NCBI GenBank assembly: GCA_036338595.1
Contig: JAYZBV010000053.1
Coordinates: forward strand, 1 to 59,965
Direction: 5' to 3'
DNA: 59,965 nt
Source of the DNA: Planctomycetota bacterium
GTDB lineage: Bacteria; Planctomycetota; UBA8108; UBA1146
The first letter of the stretch is position 1, and every line of letters starts with the position of its first letter. Positions 17,279 through 27,492 of the stretch are shown piece by piece. The translations under genes and the position numbers were made by a program. Below the pieces are notes generated by a model. The model did not search any database. It saw nothing but the letters and a program-made list of their open reading frames with translations, and had not been told where the DNA came from.

Positions 17279-18700
17279 CTAGCCGCCGATCTCCAGCATC
17301 AGACGAAGGCTGGTACCCTGATCGTCCCCGAAGCGGGTCATCGCTTCGTCGGTCGAGGTCCATGCACCTTCCAGGATCCAGCGCAGCCAGGAGTGAGTGC
17401 GGGACCCGAGCGCCAGTTTGACCACCTGCGCCGACCCCGCCATGGATCCCGCCTCGAGCAGCCCTGCGACCTGCAACTGATCGCCGATGTGGACCCTCTC
17501 GTATCGAAGCAGCACTTCCAGTTCCGACTGGTCGAATGCACCGGGTTCATCGAAGAAGGCAGGTGGAAGATCCGGGCCTGCGCGTGTGACCAGCGCTTGC
17601 TGTCCCGACAGCAGGGCACGCACGCCGACCTGCCAACCGGAGAATTCCCCCGGCATGTCGCTAGAAGTCAAACCGGTCTCGATTCCGTGGAAGCCGAGCT
17701 GCATCCATTCGTTTTCGACATGTAGCCAATCGAGCAGTGGCCAGCGCCACCCAGCACGCACCCAACGAGAGCTTCTGACATGCAGTCGTTGCGTACGAAT
17801 CAAGGTCGTCTCACCTGCAGATCGCACCTGTATTCGACCACTAGCATCGTGGTCCCAGCGTCCTGAAATGAACATGGAAAATCTACGAGTGGGAGTATCC
17901 ACTGCATCGGGGCCCCCAAAGATGAGTTTACTGAAGGGCTGAATACTCAGACGGCCAGAGAGCCCTCGGCCCCCGTAGAATTCTCCTGACGGATCTGCAG
18001 CTCCACCTAATCTGCCTTGCAGATCCGTGACGATGGCGTTGTCTAGCCAGCGGCCTCCTGTCCTGATCGCCCAGCTCGATCCTTCAGAGAGCCAGTCGAT
18101 CAGTCCTTCAGAGATCGTGAGGCGATCTTCAAGAGGAATGCCAGCCGCAAGCCCGGACCCGCTGGGGATCCTGCCGAAACTCATGTGCAGTCGATTTCGG
18201 ATCCTTCTGTCGATCCATGCTTCCGAGCAGAGGCCGGTGGAATCCTTGCCGTCCAGATCGAGCCGGAAGCGAAAGTGATTGTCCTCGAGTGCGCTTCCCT
18301 CGATTCGCAGATCACTATCGCCAAGATGGAAGGATGGCTCCTGATCGGTAGCCTGTTCTGAGATGATCCTGGATTCGAAACGAAGCGTTCCGACCATCTC
18401 CAGATGAGGCACATCGTCGGGTCCGATCACCGTGATCCTGCCTGCGTGCCCGAGCGTAATCGCTCCCGGGTCGTCAGCGAGTGGTGGTGGTGAGTCACGA
18501 TCTTGAGAATCAAGGGTGGACTCCTCGAAGGGGATATCGAAGGGGTCCTGTGTGTAGGCCATCGGTTGCATCCAGAGCAGCACGAGAGAAAGCCGCATCA
18601 GCGATTGAAACTGTTGCCTGGATATCGGTGGAACCTGGAAGCGCCTGTGAAGTAGTGGCGCAGTCGTCGGAGTCTCAGGCTCTCGCGCTGGGGTACTCAA
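17279..18700 (-). CDS. Putative outer-membrane beta-barrel/porin (OprO/P-like)
   Basis: Signal-like segment and amphipathic strands (FRFRLDLDG..EAWID, ELEVLLRYE, WLRWILEG, terminal LRLMLEI). Confidence 0.55.
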   Translation of the reverse strand: MSTPAREPETPTTAPLLHRRFQVPPISRQQFQSLMRLSLVLLWMQPMAYTQDPFDIPFEESTLDSQDRDSPPPLADDPGAITLGHAGRITVIGPDDVPHLEMVGTLRFESRIISEQATDQEPSFHLGDSDLRIEGSALEDNHFRFRLDLDGKDSTGLCSEAWIDRRIRNRLHMSFGRIPSGSGLAAGIPLEDRLTISEGLIDWLSEGSSWAIRTGGRWLDNAIVTDLQGRLGGAADPSGEFYGGRGLSGRLSIQPFSKLIFGGPDAVDTPTRRFSMFISGRWDHDASGRIQVRSAGETTLIRTQRLHVRSSRWVRAGWRWPLLDWLHVENEWMQLGFHGIETGLTSSDMPGEFSGWQVGVRALLSGQQALVTRAGPDLPPAFFDEPGAFDQSELEVLLRYERVHIGDQLQVAGLLEAGSMAGSAQVVKLALGSRTHSWLRWILEGAWTSTDEAMTRFGDDQGTSLRLMLEIGG

Positions 18701-18757
18701 GATCCCCTCCCCCCGGAGAGATCATCCCGGAGATGGAATCCTGAACAAGCGGAAACC

Positions 18758-19825
18758 CTAAGGCTTCTCCAGCCTGACGTCGTCGATCATGATCAAGCTA
18801 TCTGGCCCTCCGGTGTAGACGATCCGGAGGGTCTCGATCATGTCCCACTCCACTTCCCCTTTACGGGTGAATTTTTTCAGGTCCAGGCGGAGATCCTGCC
18901 AGCGCCCCTGGGGGACCATGGCAGAGTTGTACCCATCTCTCTGGAATGCTCGAGTACCACCACGCCTGCCGCCTCCCCTCGGGGCGTTCACCTGGCCTCC
19001 ATTTGCATCGAACAGGACCAGCAACTGCGGCCTCGCCTTGGGGTCCTCGCAGCGGATCGAGAGATTCAAGTAGCGGTAGTCTGTCATGCTCAGACCCTCA
19101 TCGATCATCTTCTGAAACACCTCGGACCCGATGGTGATCCAGCTGATCCGATCGCCGGTTTGCCAGTGCAGTGCAAACTTTCCAGTTCGGACATCTCCGT
19201 CCTCTCGGCTTCCACCGATCACCTTGGACCGACCAGTTTGTTGCTCGCCGCGACCGCCTCTGCCCTGGTCCTGCTCTTCCTCTGGCTGCTCCTCGGGTGA
19301 GACCGTCTCCTTCTCGTAATCTGCCAGTACCAGGTAGACCTCTTCAAACGCAGCCTTGCGCAACTCGGACAGTTCTTCTCCTGTCAGTGATCCTTCAAAG
19401 GAGGTTCCGTCTGGATCTTCTTTCACGATGACAGCGAGTGCTTGTTTCATCCGCTTCTTGTCGAAGTACTTCTGCGCCTTCTCAAGAACCACTCCTGCTT
19501 CTGCTTCCTTGGAACACCGATCGAGTACCGAAGCGATGGAAGGTTCTGGCTTTCTCAACTTGGTCTTGAGGCGTTTGATGATCGATCGTGCCCTCGAAAA
19601 CTCGCGATTCTCCAGGTACTCGTGAAAGCGATCCAGGTCCTCGTTGAGCTTCTCATCTCCCAGATCAATTTTAGGAACGGGCCCCAGTTCAGTCTTTGCC
19701 TCTTCCTCGATGATGGATTCGGACTCATCCACCTGCGATAGCGCAGGCGAGCCAGATGCGATGCACGAAATCATCAGCACGGCGACAAACTTCAGGAGAG
19801 GTCGGAACTCCGAATTGTCTCTCAT
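18758..19825 (-). CDS. Secreted hypothetical protein with C-terminal carbohydrate-binding (CBM11/CIA30-like) domain
   Basis: Signal peptide, helical N-half, then DYRYLNLSI...WQDLRLDLKKF...WDMIETLRI...IMIDDVRL. Confidence 0.6.
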   Translation of the reverse strand: MRDNSEFRPLLKFVAVLMISCIASGSPALSQVDESESIIEEEAKTELGPVPKIDLGDEKLNEDLDRFHEYLENREFSRARSIIKRLKTKLRKPEPSIASVLDRCSKEAEAGVVLEKAQKYFDKKRMKQALAVIVKEDPDGTSFEGSLTGEELSELRKAAFEEVYLVLADYEKETVSPEEQPEEEQDQGRGGRGEQQTGRSKVIGGSREDGDVRTGKFALHWQTGDRISWITIGSEVFQKMIDEGLSMTDYRYLNLSIRCEDPKARPQLLVLFDANGGQVNAPRGGGRRGGTRAFQRDGYNSAMVPQGRWQDLRLDLKKFTRKGEVEWDMIETLRIVYTGGPDSLIMIDDVRLEKP

Positions 19826-20235
19826 CGGTACTCCTTTTCACTCGCCCGGGATTCCCAGATCTCGTCTCGATGATCTGATCATCTCTGGCTGTGCTTCAGT
19901 ACAGTTGCATGCCTGGTGGACATCCAGGCAAATCGAGCCCATCGCTGGCCCCTGGTGGAGACGGCGGATCCCTTTCAGGAAGGACGGTTGAAGCATACGA
20001 AGCGTTTCGTACCATCCTGGCACGATGCGTACCTGCGCACGAAGCACGGATACACAGCATCTGAACCCCGCTATCGGCTGCCCGATTTCCCTGAAAGGTC
20101 CAAAATTGTGAGAGGATTCGAGGGAATGAGCCCGGATTCAGGCGATAATCGGCCCGCTTTCGCTCCCGGCGAGGGCAGTCGAGGCGCCCTGCGGGGAGAT
20201 TTCACTGGTCAGCGATGATTCGAGATGAGGAAGAG

Positions 20236-21159
20236 ATGGTTCGTGAAGTTGTGATCATTGGCTCGGGGCCTGCCGGATATACCGCAGCTGTCTACACCAG
20301 CCGAGCACAGTTGGACCCGCTGGTATTCGCAGGTTCGCTCAGCGGTGGACAGTTGATGCTCACCACGGATGTCGAGAACTACCCCGGCTTTCCTGAAGGT
20401 ATCATGGGCCCGGAATTGATGGAGAATTTCAGAAAGCAAGCAGAGCGTTTCGGTGCCGAAGTGGCCTACGAAGATGTCATTGAGGTCGATTTCTCAAGCC
20501 ACCCTTACAAGGTGAAGAGCACTGCACAGGAGATCGAAGCGAAGACAGTCATCATCTCTACCGGTGCCAGCGCCAAGATGCTTGGACTGGAGTCAGAGGG
20601 AAAACTGATGGGGCACGGCGTGAGCACTTGTGCCACATGTGATGGGTTTTTCTTCCGTGGCCAGGAGATCGCGATCGTCGGAGGCGGAGATTCAGCGATG
20701 GAAGAGGCCAACTTCCTGACCCGTTTTGCTGACAAGGTCACGGTGATTCACCGACGAGACTCACTTCGTGCTTCCAAGATCATGCAGCAAAAAGCCTTCG
20801 ACAATCCAAAGGTCGAGTTCCTCTTCGATTCAGCCGTCACCGAGATTTTCGAGCAGGACGGCAAGGTCAGCGGAATCGAGGTCGAGAACCTGAAATCGAA
20901 GGAGAAGTCGAAAGTAGAACTTTCAGGATTATTCATAGCCATCGGGCATACCCCGAATACACAGTTGTTCGAGGGCAAGCTGGAACTGCACGATAATGGT
21001 TATATCCGCTGTGGAGACGGCTCCAGGACCAGCATCGAGGGCGTCTTCGCCTGTGGAGATGTGCAAGACTTCACTTACAGGCAGGCGGTCACAGCTGCCG
21101 GGAGCGGCTGTATGGCGGCCCTGGATGCCGAACGCTGGATCGAGCATAACGCCAGCTGA
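20236..21159 (+). CDS. trxB: Thioredoxin-disulfide reductase
   Basis: GSGPAG, ENYPGF, CATCDGFF, GGGDSAMEEA, YRQAVTAAGSG. Confidence 0.97.
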   Translation: MVREVVIIGSGPAGYTAAVYTSRAQLDPLVFAGSLSGGQLMLTTDVENYPGFPEGIMGPELMENFRKQAERFGAEVAYEDVIEVDFSSHPYKVKSTAQEIEAKTVIISTGASAKMLGLESEGKLMGHGVSTCATCDGFFFRGQEIAIVGGGDSAMEEANFLTRFADKVTVIHRRDSLRASKIMQQKAFDNPKVEFLFDSAVTEIFEQDGKVSGIEVENLKSKEKSKVELSGLFIAIGHTPNTQLFEGKLELHDNGYIRCGDGSRTSIEGVFACGDVQDFTYRQAVTAAGSGCMAALDAERWIEHNAS

Positions 21160-21276
21160 GAGCCGGAATTCGGGCTCAAGTCGTCACGGGGACCACTTCC
21201 CAAAGTCCGACCCCATCCGGTACCATGATGGATCAATCTCGGCTCCTCACGAAGGGGCCGACGGAAAGGTAGTTGG

Positions 21277-22086
21277 ATGAGGATCTTCGACCCACATAGC
21301 CACATGATTTCGCGGATCACGGATGACTACGAGAAGATGGCAGTTGCTGGCGTGGTAGCCATCACGGAGCCCTCGTTCTGGCTCGGAGAACCTCGAAAAC
21401 ATGCAGGTACCTTTTACGACTACTTCGACCACATCACCACATTCGAGGCGGAGCGTGCCGCTGAATACGGGATCAAGCACTACTGCACCATTGGAGTCAA
21501 TCCGCGTGAGGCGAACAATATCGACCTCGCGAACGAGGTGTTGACGAGGATGGAGGATTGGTTCGAACGCCCATCTGTGGTGGCGGTGGGAGAACTTGGT
21601 TTTGATCTGATCACCGATGAGGAGGAGACGATTCTACGAAGGCAACTTGAAATGGCCTTCAGTGCTGGTCTCCCCGTGATGATCCACACACCTCACAGGA
21701 ATAAACTCGAGGGCACTTTGCGTACCATCAAGGTTGTGCAAGAGATGGATCTCGATCCTTCCCGCATCTTGATGGACCACAACACCGAGGAGACGATCGA
21801 GGCGAGTCTGGACAATGGATTCTGGTGTGGCCATACCGTCTATCCGGTGACGAAATTGAGTCCAGAGCGTGCAGCGGCCATCTTCGAGAAGCATGGGCCC
21901 GATCGGATGATGGTGAATTCCTCCTGCGACTGGGGACCATCCGACCCGCTCAGTGTTCCGCGGACAGTATGGCGGATGAGACGAGAGGGTTTCGCCGAGG
22001 ATGTGATCCGAAAAATCGTCTGGGATAACCCGATAGGCTTCTATTCGCTTTCCGGTCGCGTTGACCTTCAGCCAGGGTGGGAGTGA
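21277..22086 (+). CDS. TatD-family hydrolase (EboB-like)
   Basis: DPHSHMISRITDDY, EPSFWLG, VGELG, IHTPH, DHNTEET, NSSCDWGPSDPL. Confidence 0.85.
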   Translation: MRIFDPHSHMISRITDDYEKMAVAGVVAITEPSFWLGEPRKHAGTFYDYFDHITTFEAERAAEYGIKHYCTIGVNPREANNIDLANEVLTRMEDWFERPSVVAVGELGFDLITDEEETILRRQLEMAFSAGLPVMIHTPHRNKLEGTLRTIKVVQEMDLDPSRILMDHNTEETIEASLDNGFWCGHTVYPVTKLSPERAAAIFEKHGPDRMMVNSSCDWGPSDPLSVPRTVWRMRREGFAEDVIRKIVWDNPIGFYSLSGRVDLQPGWE

Positions 22087-22090
22087 TCCT

Positions 22091-22672
22091 GTGGATTCGG
22101 CACATGAGTTTGATCAGGAGAAGATTCGCGAGGGTGTGAAGATGATCCTCGAGGGCGTCGGGGAAGACCCACTCCGTGAGGGCCTCATCAACACGCCCGA
22201 TCGAGTTGCCCGGATGTACGAGGAACTCTTCTCAGGAATGAGCGAGTCGAGTTCAGAGGTCCTCGACACCGTTTTTCACGAGGACTACGACGAAGTCGTC
22301 CTGTTGCGGGACATCGAGTTCAATTCGGTATGTGAGCATCATCTGATGCCATTCACTGGAATCGCTCATGTCGCATACCTTCCCGACGGCAAGATCGTGG
22401 GGCTATCTAAACTCGCCAGAGCAGTGGAACACTTCGCCAAGAGGCCTCAGGTTCAGGAGCGCCTGACTGCACAGATCGCGGATCTGATCAGCAAGACGCT
22501 GGAACCGAAGGGCGTTGCAGTGGTCCTGGAAGCGACCCATACCTGCATGACGATGCGTGGTGTAAAGAAACCTGGTAGCGTCATGACCACCTCTGCGATG
22601 AGAGGTTTGATCAGAGAAAACCTTGCCACTCGTAACGAGGTTCTCGGCCTCATCTTCGGGAGGGGGAAGTAA
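22091..22672 (+). CDS. folE: GTP cyclohydrolase I
   Basis: TPDRVARMY, CEHHLMPF, GLSKLAR, PQVQERLT, HTCMTMRG. Confidence 0.97.
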   Translation: MDSAHEFDQEKIREGVKMILEGVGEDPLREGLINTPDRVARMYEELFSGMSESSSEVLDTVFHEDYDEVVLLRDIEFNSVCEHHLMPFTGIAHVAYLPDGKIVGLSKLARAVEHFAKRPQVQERLTAQIADLISKTLEPKGVAVVLEATHTCMTMRGVKKPGSVMTTSAMRGLIRENLATRNEVLGLIFGRGK

Positions 22673-22981
22673 ATGACCGGAAGGCCCGATGGACTGTTCG
22701 ATGTGGATTGTCCCTGCTGCGAGACTCGTCTGACGATAGACCCTCGAGCTCGGCGGATTTTTCATGTTGTCACGAAAGGGGCAGATGGCGCTTCAAAGTC
22801 CTTCGAGGAAGCGGTGAAGGACGCCACCGGAGGTGCTGATCGAGCTGCAGAGAAGTTCAAGGATGTTCTCGCAGCAGAGGAAGGCAAGGAAGAACGCCTG
22901 GATGACCTGTTCGAGGATGGTCTCAAGAAGGCGGAAGAAGATCCGAACAAGAAGCCTCCGTCTATCTTCGACTTCGACTAG
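22673..22981 (+). CDS. Small hypothetical protein with N-terminal CPCC motif
   Basis: FDVDCPCCETRLTID, charged helical tail ending PPSIFDFD; tightly coupled to folE. Confidence 0.7.
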   Translation: MTGRPDGLFDVDCPCCETRLTIDPRARRIFHVVTKGADGASKSFEEAVKDATGGADRAAEKFKDVLAAEEGKEERLDDLFEDGLKKAEEDPNKKPPSIFDFD

Positions 22982-22989
22982 GGGGACCC

Positions 22990-23487
22990 GTGATCATCTG
23001 GATCATCGACGGCAATAACCTGATCCACTCCGATCCCAGGCTTCGTCAGACGATGACGGAAAGCGGCATGGAGTCCGCCAAGAATCTGCTCGATCACGAG
23101 TTGGTTCGGATCAGGACTGCAGACGAGCAATTTCATGTCGTATACGACGGTGGAAGTTCAAGCCGAAATCAGGGCGCAGTGCAGACCTCGATCGCACAAC
23201 ATGGGCATTCAGCAGATGACCGCATCCTCTCGCTTGCGCGACAGAAGAGTGCTCAAGGAGATGTGCGAGTGGTCACGGATGATCATTCAGATATAGGTGC
23301 GCGCCTCGGTGGCATTGATCTCGATTGGGTCACTTGTACCGAATTCCGCCAGAGCGTCATGAAGGCGGGAAGCGGCCGCAGCCAGGCAGGTGGAGATTCA
23401 GGATCGGACAAGCCTCCTCCCCCGCGCAGCAAGAATCAAATTGATCACTGGCTCAAGGAATTCGGTGTGACCGAGGACGACGAGTGA
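22990..23487 (+). CDS. NYN/YacP-like nuclease domain protein
   Basis: WIIDGNNLIH, VVYDG, SADDRI, VVTDD. Confidence 0.8.
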   Translation: MIIWIIDGNNLIHSDPRLRQTMTESGMESAKNLLDHELVRIRTADEQFHVVYDGGSSSRNQGAVQTSIAQHGHSADDRILSLARQKSAQGDVRVVTDDHSDIGARLGGIDLDWVTCTEFRQSVMKAGSGRSQAGGDSGSDKPPPPRSKNQIDHWLKEFGVTEDDE

Positions 23488-24089
23488 GTTCCAGGGAACT
23501 GGAATTGAAGTTGTCGCTCGCTGATCGCGATTCTCATCGCCGATTCTGTAATGCTCTCCCCGGTTTTGAGGGCGAACTCATCCAGAGAAATATCTATTTC
23601 GATCAGAGACAACTGCTCTCTTCCAGGGATATGTTACTCCGTCTTCGTATCGAGCAGACCAGCGCATATCTCACTCTCAAGTTGAAGAATTCGATGGAGC
23701 AGGGAGTGTTTGACTCGCAGGAGTACGAGAAACCCATCGATCAGGAGATCGCCATCAGTATCGAACAGTCTGCACCAGCGCACCTGTCGATCGAATCTAC
23801 AGTCATCGATGAGGCAAGGAGTCGCAGTGGGCAAGCTCTGGACAGTCTGATCGAGTGGGGCAGGATTCGAAATCTGCGCCGTTGTTACAGGGTCAGCCCT
23901 GGATGTCTGATCGAGGTCGATGAGACGGAGTTTCCAGGATCTCAACTGAGGTGGGAGGTCGAGGTGGAAGGCGATCAGCCACAACAGGCTCGCAAGTATC
24001 TTGAAAAAATTGCGCGAGATGCGGGAGTGGCTCTGGAATCGCAGCTGGTCTCGAAGGCTCAGCAACTGGCACGCATTCAGGCCTCATGA
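23484..24089 (+). CDS. CYTH domain protein
   Basis: ELELK, QRNIYFD, LRLR, LTLK, EVDET, WEVEVE, SK. Confidence 0.85.
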   Translation: MSSRELELKLSLADRDSHRRFCNALPGFEGELIQRNIYFDQRQLLSSRDMLLRLRIEQTSAYLTLKLKNSMEQGVFDSQEYEKPIDQEIAISIEQSAPAHLSIESTVIDEARSRSGQALDSLIEWGRIRNLRRCYRVSPGCLIEVDETEFPGSQLRWEVEVEGDQPQQARKYLEKIARDAGVALESQLVSKAQQLARIQAS

Positions 24090-24108
24090 TGAGACTGGTT
24101 GTGACCGG

Positions 24109-24687
24109 TCAAGATGTCTCTTCAGGACGCCATGGGCAGTCGTCAATACCGCTCGCCAGGTTTGCAGCTCGAGCCTGCAAGAAGAGCAGATCGGAGATCC
24201 TGTTGAGGAACACGATGGCGCTCTTGGCCTCACCGGTCGATCGTGAGAACTCCACCGTTCTTCGCTCTGCTCTACGGCAAGTGGTCCGCGCTCGATGCAA
24301 GCGAGCACTGAGTGGATCTCCACCCGGTAGGATGAACTCCTTGAGAGGGGGCAGATCTGACTCCCATGCATGAATCCAACCCGTGATCATCTCGATCTGT
24401 TGCAACTCTACTCGAGCGGTTTCTCCTCCTTCGAGTCCACACCCGAGTTGAGCAAGATCGGCCCCGAGAGAGAAGAGCAACGACTGGATCTGTACCAGTT
24501 CCTGGCGGGTCCTGTCGATGAAGGGTGAGTTGTCGGTGGAACTTGTCGAGATGCACACACCGAGTTCGGAGTTGAGTTCATCGACACAGCCATAGGCCTC
24601 TATACGCGGGTGGCATTTTTCCAGCCTGCCGGATCCCAGGATTCCGGTGTCTCCCTCATCTCCAGTGCCGGTGGCGATAGAGGTCAT
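24109..24687 (-). CDS. PduO-type cob(I)alamin adenosyltransferase
   Basis: TGTGDEGDT, EAYGCVDELNS, FILPGG, RTTCRRAER, LNRISDLLF. Confidence 0.92.
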   Translation of the reverse strand: MTSIATGTGDEGDTGILGSGRLEKCHPRIEAYGCVDELNSELGVCISTSSTDNSPFIDRTRQELVQIQSLLFSLGADLAQLGCGLEGGETARVELQQIEMITGWIHAWESDLPPLKEFILPGGDPLSARLHRARTTCRRAERRTVEFSRSTGEAKSAIVFLNRISDLLFLQARAANLASGIDDCPWRPEETS

Positions 24688-24699
24688 CGAGAGGCCCTT

Positions 24700-25527
24700 C
24701 TAGAGTACGACAGCGGCTGCACCGAAGTGGTGACCGTCAGTTTCCACGACTCCGTGTTCTAGCAGGTGTCCACGCTTCCGGTCGCACTCGATCGCGTAGG
24801 CGGTGGCCAGCAGCAGCGCGGAAGTGTTTTGCAATCCTGTTTGTGACAACCTGCCCGCCAGTTCGTCGGCCTCGGGTTCGAGGAGGTGCTTGAGGATGGA
24901 TGCGTCCTCGCTCACTTCCTGTGCCGTCGTGGGAGTGCTGGCGGGGTTGGGCTCCTGGGTATCTCTGGGGAACAAGGTGCCCGAGGCAATCAGACAACAG
25001 CCAACCTCGAACTTCAATTGTTTGCCCATCTCTCGCCCAACCAGGACGGGGTCGAACATTTGTTCCGGTGCAGCAGGAATCTGAAGTGGGACGATCCTGC
25101 ACCCCGGTACCAGCACCTGGGCGAGCAATGGCCCGATCCGGTGGAGAGTGGGTAGCGAATCCTCATCCTCCCCATCGGGAATGATGTCGATCTCGTCGGG
25201 CCAGAAGGAAGCGATACGCGCGGCGAGTCTTTCATCGATGGGTACATCCCCCAGAGTTGTGGAGAGGCTTCCCATCGCACGAATCCTCGCAACCTGCCCG
25301 GGACCACTGGCAGCCAGAACCAGGGTGCGAGGTCGTGAGCGGAGGACCAACGTGTGCAATGTTCTGGCCAGCAGCCTTGCCCCATCGAGACACTCGGTCC
25401 CTGGCACGACGGCAGTACAAATACCCTGGGGGATCACCTCGGGTACGATCCAGTTGGCAACCAGAGCCTCGGTGGCACTCGCCACCTCATCGCGTCCCCG
25501 CGTGGGATCAGTTGCTGGACCCGTCAC
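24700..25527 (-). CDS. Divergent MEMO1/AmmeMemo B-like protein
   Basis: Weak fold cues only ([20 protein letters not shown], terminal GAAAVV); the His motifs are absent. Confidence 0.45.
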   Translation of the reverse strand: MTGPATDPTRGRDEVASATEALVANWIVPEVIPQGICTAVVPGTECLDGARLLARTLHTLVLRSRPRTLVLAASGPGQVARIRAMGSLSTTLGDVPIDERLAARIASFWPDEIDIIPDGEDEDSLPTLHRIGPLLAQVLVPGCRIVPLQIPAAPEQMFDPVLVGREMGKQLKFEVGCCLIASGTLFPRDTQEPNPASTPTTAQEVSEDASILKHLLEPEADELAGRLSQTGLQNTSALLLATAYAIECDRKRGHLLEHGVVETDGHHFGAAAVVL

Positions 25528-26729
25528 TGAACCTCGCTTCTGCTGCAGATCGGTATCGGGCGATCTGCAAGTCGCTTGTAACCGGCATTTCTGAGCCCCG
25601 CTTTGAATCCAGCGGCTTCGATCGTGTCCCTGAGCAGCTTTTCGGTGGCAGTATGGTTGGCTCCAGCGACGGAGATGACATTTTCCTCGATCATCACCGA
25701 GCCGAGGTCATTGGCACCGCGACACAGTCCGAGGCGGCCTTCTTCCAGTCCGACAGTGAGCCAGGAAACCTGCAAATTTTGTATGTTGTCGAGGTAGATG
25801 CGCGAAACTGCCAGCCATCGAGCATATTCGATCGCAGGAACACGCTCGCTGATTTTTCTCCCCAGAGCAGTGTTGTCAGGCTGAAAAGTCCAGGGGATGA
25901 AGGAGATGAATCCCCCAGTTTGATCCTGGACGTTTCTTACTCGTTCGAGGTGCTTTGCGCGCATCCACTCCTGTTCCCCGAGGCCGATCATCATCGTCGC
26001 AGTGGTGGGGATTCCCAACCGGTGTGCGGTGGCACTCACTTCCAGCCACTCGTCGGTGCTGCAGGATGATCTGCGTCTCTTGCGAATGGCATCGACGAGA
26101 ATCTCTCCGCCACCGCCCGGGATCGAGTCGAGGCCTGCGGCCTTCAACTCGGCCAGGATGGTTTCGCAATCGAGACCGGTGACCGAGCAGAGGCCGTGAA
26201 TCTCGGTGGGGGAGAAGCAATGCAGGTAAAACTCGCCATGCCTTTGCTTGATGCTGCGCAGCATATCTGTGTACCAGGACAGAGGCAGGTCGGGGTGAAG
26301 TCCACCTTGCATCAGGGTGCCACTGCCGCCCAGTTCAAGGGTTTCATCGACCTTCTCGAGGATCTCGTCGATCGACAGCAGATACCCCTCAGGATCGCCT
26401 GGTTTCCTGAAGAACGCACAGAAGGAGCACACGGATGTGCAGATATTGCTGTAGTTGATGTTTCTGTCGACGACATAGGTCACGACCGAGTCAGGGTGAA
26501 ACTTCTGTCGGATCGAATCCGCAGTGCTGAACAGCGAATCGGCATCCGCGTGAAGCGCAAGAGCCAGGGCGTCTGCAGACGATATTCGATCTCCGGAGCG
26601 AGCCGCCGAGAGGATCCTCTCGCACGATTTCGTGTCACAGCAGGAGGCAGCCACTTCTTCGCCGGCTGTTGGGTGTGAATCCTGGCTCACCGACACTCCT
26701 TCCTCCGCTGCTTGTGAGAGAGAACTCAT
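25524..26729 (-). CDS. mqnC: Cyclic dehypoxanthinyl futalosine synthase (radical SAM)
   Basis: [67 protein letters not shown] before ATG 26729. Confidence 0.88.
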   Translation of the reverse strand: MSSLSQAAEEGVSVSQDSHPTAGEEVAASCCDTKSCERILSAARSGDRISSADALALALHADADSLFSTADSIRQKFHPDSVVTYVVDRNINYSNICTSVCSFCAFFRKPGDPEGYLLSIDEILEKVDETLELGGSGTLMQGGLHPDLPLSWYTDMLRSIKQRHGEFYLHCFSPTEIHGLCSVTGLDCETILAELKAAGLDSIPGGGGEILVDAIRKRRRSSCSTDEWLEVSATAHRLGIPTTATMMIGLGEQEWMRAKHLERVRNVQDQTGGFISFIPWTFQPDNTALGRKISERVPAIEYARWLAVSRIYLDNIQNLQVSWLTVGLEEGRLGLCRGANDLGSVMIEENVISVAGANHTATEKLLRDTIEAAGFKAGLRNAGYKRLADRPIPICSRSEVQ

Positions 26730-26790
26730 CGAGTTCCACCCTCCTGTGAGGATCGTAAGGTCAGCGATGGGCTCATGCCACCGGTCCTGA

Positions 26791-27372
26791 TCACATCCTG
26801 GGAGGGTTGATTCCAGTCTGCCCCTGGTACTTACCGCCGCGATCGCTGTACGAAGTCTCACACTCCTCATCGCTCTCGAAGAAAAGTACCTGAGCGAGCC
26901 CCTCGTTGGCATACACCTTGGCAGGGAGTGGGGTGGTGTTCGAGATCTCGAGGGTCACGTGGCCTTCCCACTCCGGCTCGAAGGGGGTCACATTGACGAT
27001 GATTCCGCACCGAGCGTATGTGGATTTCCCCAGGCACACGGTGATGGCGTTTCGAGGAATCTTGAAGTACTCGACACTTCGGGCGAGCGCGAACGAGTTG
27101 GGCGGAATGACGCAGCAATCGGTGGTGATGTCTACAAAGGAACGACTATCAAACTGCTTCGGATCGACAACCGAGCAGTGCACATTCGTAAAGACCTTGA
27201 ACTCGTTCGAGACGCGAAGGTCGTAACCGTAGGAAGAGATACCATAAGAAATGACTCTTACTTCTCGACCGTTTTCATCGGTGCGCTCTCTCACCTGAGT
27301 AGGAGAGAAGGGGTCGATCATGCCGTGCTCCACTGCCATCCTTCGAATCCAACGGTCAGACTTCACGGACAT
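26791..27372 (-). CDS. dcd: dCTP deaminase
   Basis: [46 protein letters not shown]. Confidence 0.97.
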   Translation of the reverse strand: MSVKSDRWIRRMAVEHGMIDPFSPTQVRERTDENGREVRVISYGISSYGYDLRVSNEFKVFTNVHCSVVDPKQFDSRSFVDITTDCCVIPPNSFALARSVEYFKIPRNAITVCLGKSTYARCGIIVNVTPFEPEWEGHVTLEISNTTPLPAKVYANEGLAQVLFFESDEECETSYSDRGGKYQGQTGINPPRM

Positions 27373-27492
27373 CGTTCACCTCCCAGCATTCACCTTGAAT
27401 AATATTCATGTCGACGAAGAGAGCAGGTAGCACGCCTGAAGTGGTCCATCGAGTCCGTGTGGCCTGTCATCGTCTTCGTATTTCAACCGTTA

